Of a DNA stretch of 64,000 nt, positions 12,914-27,340 are shown one piece after another. Positions within the stretch are counted from its first letter, which is position 1. The number at the start of each line of letters is the position of its first letter. The DNA is from the human T2T-CHM13v2.0 reference genome, Homo sapiens. Where the stretch lies: NCBI RefSeq assembly GCF_009914755.1, contig NC_060929.1; one strand, 5' to 3'. The notes under the pieces were generated by a model. The model had not been told where the DNA came from, made no database searches, and saw nothing but the letters and a program-made list of their open reading frames with translations. A program made the position numbers and the translations under genes.

Positions 12914-14769
12914 AGAACCTGGGCCCAGGGCCCCATGAGTAGAGGCTTCCCCAGTGAAGGAGCACAGTGGGCACCACCCCATCTTGAAATTTCAGAGACG
13001 GAAGAACTCCGCCCAATGGGATAGGTTTTATATCCAAGAGCAGTGGCCCTGAAATTTTTCACTCCTATCTCTGAATGAAACTTTTAGAGAACAGAAAGCC
13101 TTACACCTCGATTGTCAGAGGCACTGATATTCCAGTTGTCATTCCACTACTGTTAACAAGATACGGAAAAGTTTACTTGTGAGACAGAAAGGAAAACCAA
13201 ACCAACCCTATCAACTAGTCTTCCATAAAAAAAACAAGGTCATAAACAAAGCCTCTCCACTATTCCCTCCACTGGCGGAATCACACACTGTGGCCCCAGC
13301 TCACTCGCGGAGGCTGCTGGGCTGAGGGTGCTGCTGGCTTAGTGTGTGTATCCCACACTGATGCGTGAACCTGAGGCCTGAGCAAGAGGCAGAGGTTGCT
13401 GACTAAAGGCTCCATGCCCGTGGCCCTCTACCACGTACAGAAGTCAAAGGAAGATGAAATGGTGTCGGTGTCCTGTGAATTTCTATACAGGCTGAAGGGG
13501 GAACAGTTGAGAAGCAGTTTTAGTATGCTCAATCTTGATGAGTATTTACCTTGAAAAATAGAGGATTTTTTTTATTATTGATCTTCAAGAACATATAGAT
13601 TACTTTTGGAGATAGAAATTAAACACTTCAACTACTAAAATAAAAACAGAGGTTTTAACTTCAAAAAAATTTTCAAATTTAAAGTGTAATACTTGAACAC
13701 CTTTGACTGTTTTTATTTAAATGTATAATTTGTTGCCTCCCTCTCAGGATTCCAAGAATGAGCTATCATTCTTCCTGGTTCCTTATTTTTGTTTCTTTTT
13801 TATAAAGGGAAAAGGGCTTTACTTACTCAAATTTGTTTTCCTGGAAAGAATGTTATTACCGTGGTATTTGAAAAAGTTTTTTGTTCCTCTATCTAGTAGA
13901 GGCATACAGCTTTCTGCTACAAATGAAAATGCATATGCAAACATTAAATATTACAAATAAAAGCATATACAGCTATAAATATTTCTTTATCCCTTACCCT
14001 TATTCAGAGGTTCCCGGACTGTCTGACCTCATTTCCAGTTGCACCAACACCCCCAGGGGCATAACTCTCTAAAGGAAAACAACAGCTCCCCACACACTCA
14101 CAGCTCCACATGCCCCTGTGCAGAGACATCCTCTGCAGGGCCTGAGCCACCTGCCTCCTCCTGAAAGGCAAATCTTAGAGTCATTAGCATTGATTTCTCT
14201 GTCTGCAAATGGCAGCCACTAATTTTAATCACAGCTTGACAGGTGGCTTTTTGACACTTATATCTGCCTGTCCCTGGCCCCACTGCTTTGAGAATTCCAT
14301 CATCATTATGCCTCAGCACACCTGTCTTTATATTATTTTACCTTTCATAGTAAGAAGCAGTCCTTCAACATTGGTTTATTTACCTGACTTGCTACTCAAG
14401 GTGCTTTTAGCTCAGGTAATTTTCCAACCTCCAAGCACATCATGCATCATCCATAGGAATGAAGATCCAAATCAGTGAGGATTGGGACTGCCCCAGAGCA
14501 GAGCAGCCCAAGGCAACATAGGGGACTGAGAATTTCCAGCTTATGGTTGGACATTTAGTAGTTATTTGTGGACAGAATAAAGAAGGATATCCAATCCCTC
14601 CAAAGGGACTCTCAAACACAGAAAAGCTTTACTGGCCACTCTACAACTAGAGTTGACCTCAGGTAGGATGAAGCCCTAGAGACAAGGCCAGCCCTCCCCA
14701 CCGTGACAGTTGACTTGAAGCATGCTGGGAAGTCCACTGCAGCAGAAACAGCTAGCTGCCTATCCAGGA

Positions 14770-15218
14770 TCTTTCTCCAATTCTTCCATGACAACAGGGC
14801 CCTGAATTTGTTAATGGCGGTGATACACCCAAGCTAAAAGATTGTAAAGTACCTAGTCTTCCTTGAAACTAATTTCTAGCTAGGGAGTTACACTGGTAAG
14901 ACATGAAAATATGCTGAAAACAGGAACAGACATCTGTGTAAAGGACTTTATGTACTTCTTTCCTTCCTTTTCATGAGGAACGCAAACGAGATGGCTGGAG
15001 CTCCAATAGCCATCTTGGACCTCAAGGCAAATATGAGCATGTCAGCCTCTGACTTAGAAAATCAAAACAGAAAGATGAGAATAGATTGATTCCCTAGTGG
15101 TGCAGAAGTTGGAAAACTAGTTCTTGACTTTCAACCTCCATAATTTGTTTATATCAGAGAAAATAAATCATTGTAATTTCTTGTCTATGCCACCAGCAGA
15201 CAGAATTCCTATACAACA
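14770..15218 (+). mobile_element. Old MaLR solo LTR (MLT1J/K-like)
   Basis: 'gatggctggagctccaatagccatcttggacc', 'cagaaagatgagaa' and 'gagaaaataaatc' in MLT1 order. Confidence 0.6.
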
Positions 15219-15989
15219 CAGTCTCCTATAAATAATACTCAACCCGTATCTGCACACATGCACACACAAACATGCACAGAGTAGATGCCACTAATTGACC
15301 TCTTCTGTGGGTTTCTTTAAAACTCTGTATGTCTGGAGTAGATGACTTATTAAGTTCTTAGTATATGACTAATTTTGTCCACAAAGTGAACTCTTCTAAG
15401 CAAATAGAATATAAATGGAAGAATCACATAGAGAACAAAATAAATCTTTAAAAAGGGGAAAGAGAAATCATAGGTAAAGGAAGCAGAGATATATCTGGAA
15501 AAAATTACAGTCCTACACTGTGTGTGGTCTGTTATTAAATAATATCCAAATCATCCATATTTATATTAATCAAATATAAAAACATGACACAAAGAATGAA
15601 ATTAATTTCTTTAGTTGAACTGTGAATTTATGGTTGAATTTTTTTTATTTGTAGTTACCATATTTTAAACATTGAGTTAATACAAATCAGTTATATATGT
15701 TAAAAGGAGAATGCCCATGCTAGTTATTATGTTCCTCATCCAAGGCTTCATCAGCTACTGCTAGCATGACAGCATCATCCACATAGTTAACTAATATTTG
15801 ATTAAAAGATTGACTCCAGAAGTAGCAACTGTAAGCACTTCAGCTCCTTGTCTCTCCAGTGAAAATCAGATATATTTTGTTAATTAGTATTAAAAACACT
15901 GGATTTTATTTGGCGAAATTAGTAGTGTTTCAGATATGAGGACTGCTCAATATCATAACGACACGATCCTTATTCCTACCAGAACCAGT

Positions 15990-16402
15990 TGTAAGAATCC
16001 TATGAGTACCTCACGCTATAGCCTTCAGAAGTTGCCCAAAGCCTAACTCTGAAACCATCCTGTATTTACCCATGGACTGTATTTACCATGTAGGTCACCA
16101 GCTGCTGGAAGCTGACTAGATGTATACCTAGATTGGTCTCCAGAAAAATGTTCTGTCCGCTCCAAGAGAAGGTTTCGTACTAGCTATGGAGGGTTACCCA
16201 AAAGGACAGAGGACTAGGGATTTACTGAGTTTACTAACCAGGATGCATGACTATTCTGGACCTGCTCGCTAAATTAAACATTTATCAAGTACATGTTTTT
16301 ACATGTAGCACATCTCATTTTCTGATCTATCTTCACCCAAAGTCAAGGTTGTGTGGAAGGAAAACTATAGACCCCACCAATCTTTGACTACTGGTGGTTA
16401 CA
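15990..16402 (+). mobile_element. Candidate ancient solo LTR, family not recognised
   Basis: TGTAA...TTACA inverted termini, ATTAAA near 16274, flanks cagt/cact (degenerate 4-bp TSD). Confidence 0.3.
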
Positions 16403-18318
16403 CACTTACCAATAAGATCCAACTAGTTATTCATGATGGATCTGCTTAGACCAGTTTACAACCGGCACCAATGACAGATAATACCACACCACAATTTGTT
16501 GGGCCTGCCTCCAGCCCCATCCCACACTGCACCTCCCATTACTGAATCTGAGTCAGCCTTCTCCTTTGCAAGGAAGAGAAAGGAGGTTATTCAAAGTGTT
16601 TTTCCGTTGGACCCACCCAATAAAAGCTAGGTTTTACTATGAATTGTTCCAAGATAAGACAACCCTGTATACAATGCCAATGTGCTACCTAAATTAAAGC
16701 CTATTATCTCACCTCTTGCCTGTCTATAGATCATGATCAAAGAAAGAATTATCTTAATTTACTTAAGTCTATTTGTAATCAATCAATTATTATACTACTC
16801 TGTCATTATTGGGCAGGAAATGATTAATCATCCTTCTTGGGAGATTTAGGTGATGTCCAAGAAGGATCCTTGTTGCTGGGTTTTGGCATAAATATGTATC
16901 TTCTGTTTGAGCTCCAAGAAGAAGCAACTCTTCCCTAAAAGGTGGCCTAAAACAGCTCTAATCTGAGCTGAATTCAGACACCACCACCCCCCCAGCTGAT
17001 AGACAAGCAAATGCTGAATGTTGGATATTTTTTCAGTTATTTTCATCATAGTCAACCCCAGCTATTCTAGCTGTCACCAGCCAGTTGACACAATTGGTTT
17101 CTGACTTCTTATCCCATTTATTTTATAAAAGCCTCCAGCCCCTTGTGTATAACTAACTCATTTACAGTGTTTTAAATGAACCAATAGAAAGGCTCAAGAA
17201 TGAATACACTTCTGCTAGGTGGCATCAACATTTCTACCTGCACCATGGTCTCCCTGGCTCCTCAGTCTGTTTATGCTCCAGAGCCCTCTTAGCATTGAGG
17301 ATGTACTGTGGGCTACCAAAGCAAGAATAGGGTGCCCCTCTCCTCTTTGTGTAAGAGTCCTTGGTGTTCTCCAGGATTGCATTGCTTTTACTCCAATAAT
17401 TTTGGGAGATTTAGAGCAACAGCCCTTTGAGATTTTCTGACAATATGTGAGGCATTTGAAAGCAAATCCAAATACTACTTATTCCCCAGAGGAAAAAAAC
17501 TGGCCAGGGCTGTATTTCAACTGGGGAACTGACGTTCATTCCACTCCAGCATCTTGAAGCCTTCCTGCCTTTCCTAAGTGGCAGAAAAACAGTCAACAGA
17601 AGTCAGGGCTTCGAGAAAATATATGGAGATCCCTGCAGTCAGGGGAGGAAGTAGAAGGAAGGGGGAGCAGGCTAAATGATGGAAAAATATTGGTGAAGGT
17701 CACAGCTCTGAGATACAGGGTGACTAAAGCTGACATTTAATCACCTGTGTACAGAACAACCTTTCTCCTGCATGCATTACCACCACACTAACAGGGCTCC
17801 AACATAACCATATTTATAGAACATTCCATCTGGTAATGGCAGCAGATACATTCTTTTCATGCTCATATGGAACATTTAGCAAGACAGACCACATTCTGAG
17901 CCATAAAACACACAATTACAAAATTAAAAGGATACAAAGCTTATAGTATATTCTCAAACTACAGTAGAATTAAACTAAAACTCAATAATGGAAAAAATAG
18001 CTAGATTATTTCCCAAGTGTTAGGAAAATTAACAAATTTCTAACTAACCCAAAGTCAAAGAAGAAGTTTTAAGAGAAACTATAAAGTATTTTGAATTAAG
18101 GAAAACAAAATGTATAATTTATTAAAATGTGTGTGATGTAGTGAAATTCGAGGGGAAGCTACAGTGTTGCATGTGTATATTACAAATGAAGAAAGAGCTA
18201 AAATCAATAAAGTAAGTTTTCATTTTGGGGAACCAGAAAGTAAGCGCAATTTAAGCCCCAAAACAGCAGAAAAAGAGAAAATGGTATTTAAAAAAATACA
18301 GCAGAAATCCATGGGGGG

Positions 18319-18349
<31 letters not shown>

Positions 18350-18704
18350 CAGGACAAAAATAGAGAACAGAAAAGATACCAAAAAGCTGTTTTTGGAGAA
18401 GTTCAATTAAATTGATAAGCCTCTCAACAGGAAAATGTCAGAAGAAGGACACAAGTGACAATTTCAGAAATGAAAGGTCATTACTTCTGTAATTCTATGA
18501 TTTAAAAGAACAATAAAAGAGTACTATGAACGACCATACTAACAAATTTCATATCATAGATGAAATGCACCAATTTCTTGAAAGCTATTAACTGCCAAAA
18601 CTCAAAAAAGTAGTAAATGACCTAAACAGCCCTATATCTGTTAAATAAATTGAATCAATAATGAATAATCTTTTTTTAAAAAAAACACTATCAGGTTCAG
18701 GTGC

Positions 18705-19020
18705 TTTTTTAATTTGGGGGGAGTCAGGGTCTCTCTCTCTCACACAGGCTGGAGTGCAGCAGCACAGTCACAGACACTGTAGTCTCAACCTCTTTAGCTC
18801 AAGTGAACCTTCCAGCTGAGTCTCTCAAGTAGCAGGTACTACATTCATGCACCGCTGTGCCTGGTTAATGCTTTCTTTTTCAATTTTTAAAAAATTTTTT
18901 TGTACAGAAGGGATCTCACTGTGTTGCCTAGACTGAGCTTTAACTCCTGGGCTCAAGTGATCCTCCCCACTTGGCTTCCCAAAATGCTGAGATTACAGTT
19001 GTAAGCCACCACACTTGGCT
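18705..19020 (-). mobile_element. AluJ
   Basis: Diverged dimeric Alu with 'ctcctgggctcaagtgatcctccc'. Degenerate TSD tcaggtgctttt / tcagatgtttt. Confidence 0.9.
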
Positions 19021-19949
19021 CAGATGTTTTAACTGGTGAATTCCACCAAATATTTAATTTAAAAAATATACCAGTTCTCTACAATTTCTTACAGATTATC
19101 CTAATACCAAAACCAATAAAGCCCAGTTTTTATTATAGAAGTAAAAACTAAAGTCTAATATCTTTAATGGACACAGATGCAAAAATATTCAACATACTAT
19201 CAGCACATTGAATCCAACAATTCTATAATGAATTATATACCATGATAAAGCAGGATTTATTTCAGGTATGCAAGACTGGTTCAACATTTAAATATCAGTC
19301 CATGTAATCTGCCACATCAGCAGACTAAAGAAGAACAATGAAAGAAGAACAAACATAGTAATTAATGCAGGAAAAGCATTTGAGAAAATGCAACATCCAG
19401 TCATGATAAAAATTCCCAGAAAACGAAGAATAGTTGGGAACTTCCTCCACCTGATGAAGAGCACGTATAAAATACTAAGAGCTAACAACATATTTGACAG
19501 TGAGACACTAGGTATCTTCTTTCTAATGTGGAGAATAAGACAATGATGTGTCATTCAATCACTTTAACTCAGCATGGTACCGGAAGTTCTAGCTATTTCA
19601 AAAATACAAGCAAAAGAAATAAAAGATATGCAAATTGAGAAGAAAAAAATAAAACTGTCTATGATTCATACACAGATGAAATGATTATATATAAATTCCA
19701 AACAAACTAGAAAATAAACAACAAAAGGAAAAACAAACAAAAACTTCCTGAAACCAGTAAGCAAGTGTATCAAGGTTGTAGAACAAAAAGTTAATGTACA
19801 AAAGTCAATTGTACTTCTAAATACTAGTAAAGAATAATTGTCACTTAAAAAAACATGGAAAACTGAAATACGTAAATTTACAAGACCATATGAACAGTAT
19901 CTGTATGGAGACACTGTAAAACAATGAAGAAAAAAAGAAAACAATCTAG

Positions 19950-20304
<355 letters not shown>

Positions 20305-20892
20305 CAATTCTTTCTAACTTTATCTATAGATCCAATGCAACTCCAGCAGGCTATTCTGTTGATGTCAACAAGCTGATTCTAAAGTTTATATAGAAAAACA
20401 AGACACTCAAAACAGCCAACACAATATTGAAGAAAAACAAAGTTAGATTACCGACTACCAAATTTCAAAGCTTACTATAAATCTACAGTAATCAAGTCAG
20501 TGTGGTTTTGGTGACAGAATAGACAAACACATCCGTGGAACACTAGAGATTCCAGAGGTAGATCAACATGAAAAGTCAACTGATTCTTGACAAAGGTGCC
20601 GTGGCCGATTGACGGACTTTGTCAGGAGACATGCCCCGTACAGTGCATCCGCTGTAGTAGTCCCCGTTGTTTGGCAGCATCAGTTTCACTTGCCAGTGAA
20701 TATCTGCATACACAAACATGACATTCGGTGTGGGCAGTGTGAGCTGATTTTAGGGTGGTGCCATATTTAATATGCATAACTGAGGTAAATTATTAACCTT
20801 ACAGATATTAAATAAGGTTAACTTTCTTCAAGATGTTTGTTCTAGAAGAAGAACCAAGAGTCTCTGCACACAATGGCCTGTGGTTGAAGATA

Positions 20893-21075
20893 AGGTGTTC
20901 CCAAACTTTAGTGTGCATCAAAATATCAAAATCACCTGGAAGGTTGGTCAAACAACATGTTGCTCTCACATTGAGATTTCTGACTTAGCAGGTGGGGCTG
21001 GAGAATTTGCATGTCTAACAAGTTCCCAGTGAAGCTGAGTTGCTGGCGCTAGGACCAGGTCCTCAATCCCACTGC
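20893..21075. mobile_element. MER5A (hAT-Charlie MITE)
   Basis: 'ttcccaaactttagtgtgcatca...aatcacctggaagg...gagaatttgcatgtctaacaagttccca...ccactgctt'. Confidence 0.8.
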
Positions 21076-22619
21076 TTTGGACTCAAGCAGAGGGGGAATG
21101 TAGAACAGAGCACCAGACTAGCACCTGAAAGAGCCACAGTGGGGGAATGCAGGACGCACTGAAAGCAAGACAAGCCCTTTGCTTGATAAACTACATGATT
21201 CAGAGCCAGTTTGGTATTAAAAACAAAACAAAGCAACAAACGGCACGAGGGCATCTGGCCACAGGTGACTTTTATGTTACCTAAAATGTCTGAAGTTTAG
21301 GATCAATTTGCAATGAGAGATCACAATTTTTCAAAATATGATTTTCATCATTTATGTTCATTATCCTGTGTGCGGGACTTCTACAGAAAGGTAAGCTAAT
21401 AAATGAGTGTATTTTAAACCAATAAATTTCTGTGAACTTATCAGGCAGCAACAGAAATCCAGCAAAGAGAACAACTAAAGCATACATTACTGAAGCTAAG
21501 GCAAACTTTTATCAGGAAGAAGATATTTTTAGATGACTTAAGGTAGTTTGCAAATTCCAAAATACATGAAGTTTCCTTTGGAGATACAATCTTTCTACTT
21601 CGTTTGTAATTGTCAAAATACAGGAAAATCACATTTCAATTTTGAGCATTTCAATAAGAAACTGCTAAAATGCAGATATTCCATTCAAAAGTCTCTTAAT
21701 AAGCCACTAGCATTATCTGGATTCGAGGCTACTTCCTCTGTTGTTAACATAAATAGGTGGTAAATACCACAGTCTAGGCTGGGAGGTGGGAAGCAGCTCT
21801 AGGCATGTGTTAAAATGTAATCGTTTCTTGATCAAAGTGCATGGCCACATCCATCTATTAGAAGAGGGGTATTTGAAACAATGTCCCAAAGGAAGAAGAC
21901 AGGTGCTGGGAGGTAAGGGCTCTGTGAGATTCCCAAAGTCAGGTTTTGCAAATAGATGGAGATGGAGATGGGGTTTCCTTCCCCTCACACTAAATATGGG
22001 AAAGATAACATCATGCGCAAATGGTTCCACAAAAGGGGAACTTGGTGAAAGGAGCTGAAGAAGTGGGGAAGGAAAGAAGGAAACCAGGGAGAGGGAAGGA
22101 ATAGAACAGAGATTGCTCCTGAGAGGTACGGGAGGGGCAGAAGGCGCAAGTCCACAGCCAGCACTGCCTCCCCGACTTCTGTGCTGCTTTGGGCTCACTG
22201 CCTGTGGACTAAACCCAGGGTTTTGTTGTTTCATTTTTCTTCATATGACCTAGTGGCCCATTAAACATATGTTGAATTGGGCATCAGCACTAAGGGGAAA
22301 AAGGAAGCGAGAGAAAGAGAGATACCAAGAATGAACGGGTGAGAGAGAGAGAGTCTAATTTAGAGTTAAGAGTTTGCAAGGTGGTGTTGGCAGCCACCAT
22401 TATGGTTGCTAATTTTTTTCTACTGAAAAAAAAAAAAAAAAACACAAAACACAAACAATCTTCCAATTCACCTGATACCTGAAGTCCAAGAATTTATCAT
22501 GATGTGGGACTGAGCCACTTGGGTATTTAGCACCCAGCATTTTTTAGTGACCAAGATAATGAAAATGACCAAAGTGATGAAAATTTAATCAGGCCCACAA
22601 AAAAAAAAGTTTGCGGAAG

Positions 22620-22941
22620 CAATGAGTGGCTCAAAGGACATTGTAGCCAGCTGCTGACGCCCAGAAGTCTGGTTACTGAAGGTGTCATCTAAGATTGAAG
22701 AAACATAGATTTTTTTCCCCCGATTCCTTGAAATTTCCCTTCCCTTACTCTCTAGCTGCATTAAAACTCCCTACTGCTGCTTTTTGTTGAGGTGGATTAG
22801 GAGCTCTTGCCTTCTTACCTCCTCACTTTGGCCAAATAGAATAAGCCTTTCTGTATCTCCAAGCACCTGTGTGTGAGTGTCTGGCCTCAGTTGCATATCA
22901 GGTGCACAGGCCTGAGTTTGGGCTTCTACCTCTAACTTACA
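22620..22941 (+). mobile_element. Old ERV1-type LTR fragment (MER31/MER67/LTR54-like)
   Basis: TATA-like 'gcattaaaactccc', polyA-like 'aataagcctttctg' and U5-like 'tctggcctcagttgcatatcaggtgcac', ending TTACA. Confidence 0.5.
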
Positions 22942-25900
22942 GCCTAGGATTTCATACAGCAGGAGTGGAGAGGATAACACACTCGTCAACAAGCCCATTC
23001 TCTGAGACTATTTTTACCTATTTTTAAGCCTTTTGGTCTCAGGTCTGCCTAAGGAATAAGTTGCCACTTTTAGTGAGGGAATAAGGCAGTTTAGTACCAG
23101 CTGAGAAAAGCAGAGGTGAAGGAATAATTAGGACTAAATCTAAGCCTAATTCACAAAGTCTTCTTGGCCCCAACTCTAAGACCTTCCTCCAAATCATCAA
23201 ATGGAGCAGGGTGATGCTTGTTTTAGGCATCAGGCATCCAGGGATGCGTGAAGATAGCCTCGCACGCATTGCTTTCATGCCCTGTATAAACCATGCCTCC
23301 CCAGAGAGCCCTTCCTTTCCTATCCTGATGTGAAGACTGACTGAGATAAACTATAGCAAGGCGAGAGAATTGTTCCTTACAATAAATGTAATCTCAAAGG
23401 GTAGAGTACCTCATTCACCTGGCTGCTTAAGCACAAGAAACTATACAACACTTAAGGAAACAGATACATAGTTAAGAAATTAAATAACATGAGTTACTAG
23501 CACCTGTATCCTAAAGACACCACAAGGGATAAAGTAAACCCTTGAATAGGATACATTTTAGGAGGAATTCTAAGGAAGCCCCACTTTTCAAAGAGCAAAT
23601 TTAACTGCTTAAGAGCATATTAAAAGAAAATATGTAAAATTAAAGCAATTGAATTAGTTTCCTATGAAAACAGAGTCAAATCTTACCAAATTTGAAATTA
23701 TTATAATTATGTAATTTAATCATTTAGACTTCTTCCCATGTAACTGCTTAACTTACCTCCAGAGGTCCTGACTGTTGAGATGCCTGGTCTTCTGCAGACA
23801 AACCACGTGAAAACGGATTCACTGACTCACCAGTTACAAAACCCTCAGGCAAAATGACGCACAATTAGCAACGGAGTCATTGCTACAGGCAGTTTGGGGG
23901 AATGAAATGAAATTTTCATCAATATTTTACACGATTCACTCTCCTTAACCTTGAAGAGTGGCTCCATGTTTTTGAGTAACATTGACAAAGATAATTGAAG
24001 GGACATATTTTTTTTTTCTGAAACATCAATGAAATTGTTGTAAGCAAACTCAAGCCTGAATCCTGAATTAACATCTCCTCAATTTCCCACTCTAAGGTTG
24101 GCACTGTCGGTGGTAAAGAGTGGATGAAGAGACTGGTTTTCAGAGGATGGTGGCAGTGCTGTTTTCCCAGGAGATCTGTTGGGGAGGACCTAAGAGTGGA
24201 GAAGGAATCAAAGGAGAGGTCTCTGCTCTGCCCTATCTGCTGACGGACCCTAACCCTGCAGTGGGGGCCCACCAAGCCCATTTGGGGGTCCCTAGGTTTT
24301 TCTAGACACCATCTCCTCTTCCTTGCCATTGTCCACTTTCTTGCTGGCCATCTGAATTTGTCCATAGATAATATACAAGTTGTATCAAACAATTATCCTC
24401 TGGACAGGCAGCAGAAAACCAAAGCCTGTCTGAGTCTCCCAGGAGAATTACAGCACAAAGTTAGGACCTTCCTTAAGGTCTTTAGCATCTGTCCCCGGAT
24501 AAGCAAGCAAGCCAACAGCTCTGGGTGCCCTGTGCAGCTCACTGACCTGAATTAGTGTTTTATTTAAACTGTCCCCAACCTCCTTGTCGGAGGAAATTGT
24601 GCCTAAGGAAGCATGGTTTTATGCTCTTTCTTATGAACTCATGAAAGGAACAAATGATGGTATATGGGGCTCAAATCAAAAATTGGTGAGAAAAAGTCCA
24701 GGAGTCAGGCTTCACTTCATGGAACCTGTAAAGAGGTGAGAATTGGAACGCTGGAAATAATATTTTCACCCCAGCGATGTGGGCTTTTTGGTTCCTATAA
24801 CTCCTTCTTAACACATTCACCGTTACCTATGCTAATAAACATTTTAAAAATATTTATTGTATTTGAGTAGATCTTAAGTGATTTTGTGAAACTCGGACTC
24901 CTGATGGTTCCTGCAGAGGACTTGTTTGCAAACACAGTGAGCCCCACTGTGGATCCCTAAGTACACTTAGAGGAGACTTTGCGAAGCCCTTAACAAGCAG
25001 TTGCATACGTTCTTATGAATTTATCTTTGTTTCAAACTTTTTATCCCATTGTCCATCCTGTGCTTTGTTTTACAAGCATTGATACATTTACTAAAGTTTC
25101 TCTGAATATTCCAAAAAGCAAACAAACCAAGTTTTCTTATGACTTATAAATCATCAGACCTCACCTTTCTCAAGACCCACAAAATTACAAAACTAACCTG
25201 CAGGCTGAGGTGTGACCAGTGCCTGGGTCAGCCTGACTGAGGCCGTGAGGATGCTGGAGGCCACACTGTCCACTCTGAGTGTGCCCTGAAGTTATCATGC
25301 CTGGACATAGGAACCAGCAGAACCCTGGAGACAGCACTGTGTCCCCACAGGGCCACCGAATTGCTTCTTCCCTCTCATCCTGGAGTCATTTTCCAATTCA
25401 CCCAAATGATCGGCTGAGCTTACACTGTAGTTTCCTGGTGGGCACATGATACACCTGAGGGCACCCCCATCAGGCAGCCACTCACTTATTGTCCTGCTCA
25501 GCCCTTGATAGCCCTGCTCCTAGGCTGGAGATCCAGATTTCCAACCTGCTCTAGGGTTGAACCCCAATCAAGAAGGAGCCCTGGAGTCCAGCTCTTCCTG
25601 CAGAGGCCTGCAGCTGCACCTCCCTGAGTACCGCCCTGTGGGCACCTGCAGCTGGCCAGTTCCTCCTCAGCCTTTCCTTGCTCAGGAGTGGCCTGGTCCA
25701 GCACTGCCTCCCTGGCTTCAGAGCCCCCTCCTCTATGGACTCATGCTCCTTGGATCTGGCATCCTGAGTGGAGCCCAGCCCAGTTAGAACACTGGACTTG
25801 GTCCCTGAAAGCCGAGCCAGGGCAGCTGCTCCCTCATCCGGGAGGGCAGCCAAGGTCTTAGAGGGGGAGCAACTTCTCTGTGGCAGGAAGGGCATGGAGA

Positions 25901-27039
25901 GAAGCCTCACAGGTAGCCTCCTCTCCCCACGCCTGCTCTCTTCTCCCCATGAAGCTTTCCCCTGAATTCTGCTGAAGACCAGGCCTCAAAAGGGGCACTG
26001 CCTTTGTATTTCGCCCTTTGTTTCTCTTTAATTCTAGAAAACCCTGAGTCTACCTTGGAGCACACTCTTGAATGTGACCCATCTAATGTCATCTTGACCC
26101 CAAGTCCACTTCCTTCAGGCACGCCTCCTTCTTCATTTTGCTGCCGCCAGTGCGTCTGCCTCCAGACCCTCTTCCTCTATGTAGGAGAGGCCACTCTCCT
26201 TCTAAAGCAAACCTTGCTTCCTTTTGCTGGAAAACAGCAGCTGCTGACCCACGGAGATCCAGACTCCAAAGGTGGCCCACAACCACCTTTACCCCACGAT
26301 TTGTTTCCAATCTTCCTCGTAGCCTATCCCCTTACCCCACCACCTGCATGATTAGATTTCTCTGCAAGAGCAGAGATCCACCGTAATGGCAGCTCCAGTA
26401 AGAAAGCTGATTTCTGGCTTCTAAGAGAGTCTGCAGTGCAGTAGTCCTGGGTTGAAGGTTAGACTCTGCTGCATTAAGCACCTGGGGATGAGGCTCCTTC
26501 ATTACTGCTCTGTCTCCCTAGAAGATGCCGTCCTCCTGGGCCTTCAGATGGACGCCAGTGTGGGATTTTATTGGAATGCACAAACTCCTGCACTGGCCAA
26601 GAAAAAAGTGGTGCAAAAAGCAATGCACAGGAATGGCTTGAGCAATGCAGGAGATGACGCCAAGCAGCCATGTGCCAGAGGGACCTGGGGAGCCCGCGGC
26701 AGGGCTTGGCGGTCAGCGGTGAACACAAGGTGGACAGTTTGTCCTCAGAGCCCAGTCACCAGGTGCATCCGCTTCACAGGGTTGGGGCCCGAATCTCTCT
26801 GTGCAAGGAGAGCATGTGGTTGGGCTGGTTTGAGTCTCACCCTTGGCAAGAAAGGACATCCCACTTTGATGGCTTTTTACCAAGACTGCACATGTTTGGA
26901 GCTGTGAAATTCTCCAAAGCAAAATTGGGGTGCTGCTGGCTTGTAGAATTCAGGTGTATGCTCCCCAGGAGGAAATGCCCACTGCTCACTAGAGATGGAC
27001 AGTTCAGAAGAAAACTGGGCAGGACATTATCCCAGCAGC

Positions 27040-27340
27040 AGGAGTGGGTAAAGAAATGGGCAGGCAGAGTGGGTAGGGAGGGAGTGAGGAGCTGAGGAGC
27101 TCACTGGAGTGACAGTGAGATGGCTCATGGGCACAGAGAAATAATTCAAGCCAGAAGCCAAAAAAATAACCTGAAGGCTGCACCAAGCAGTTTTGATGTC
27201 TTGCGTATAGTGGGAGGCAATAGATATTTGTAGGGTAGAATGAAGGGAAGAAAGACTGATTACAGGGAGGCCACTTAGGAGGCGACCGTGATATTCAAAG
27301 AAGACTCAAAAAGACAAGCCAAGGTAGAGGCAGTGGGAGT
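27040..27340 (-). mobile_element. Possible L2 fragment
   Basis: Purine-rich text 'agactgattacagggaggccacttaggaggc...gtagaggcagtggg' typical of antisense L2. Confidence 0.35.

Noticed and set aside
21713-22234. 173-aa Ser/Pro-rich minus-strand ORF
   Set aside because: Reflects a purine-rich + strand. No recognisable domain or exon structure.
23244-23270. Inverted pair ATGCGTG...CACGCAT (AhR core-like)
   Set aside because: 7-bp arms are expected by chance in 64 kb.
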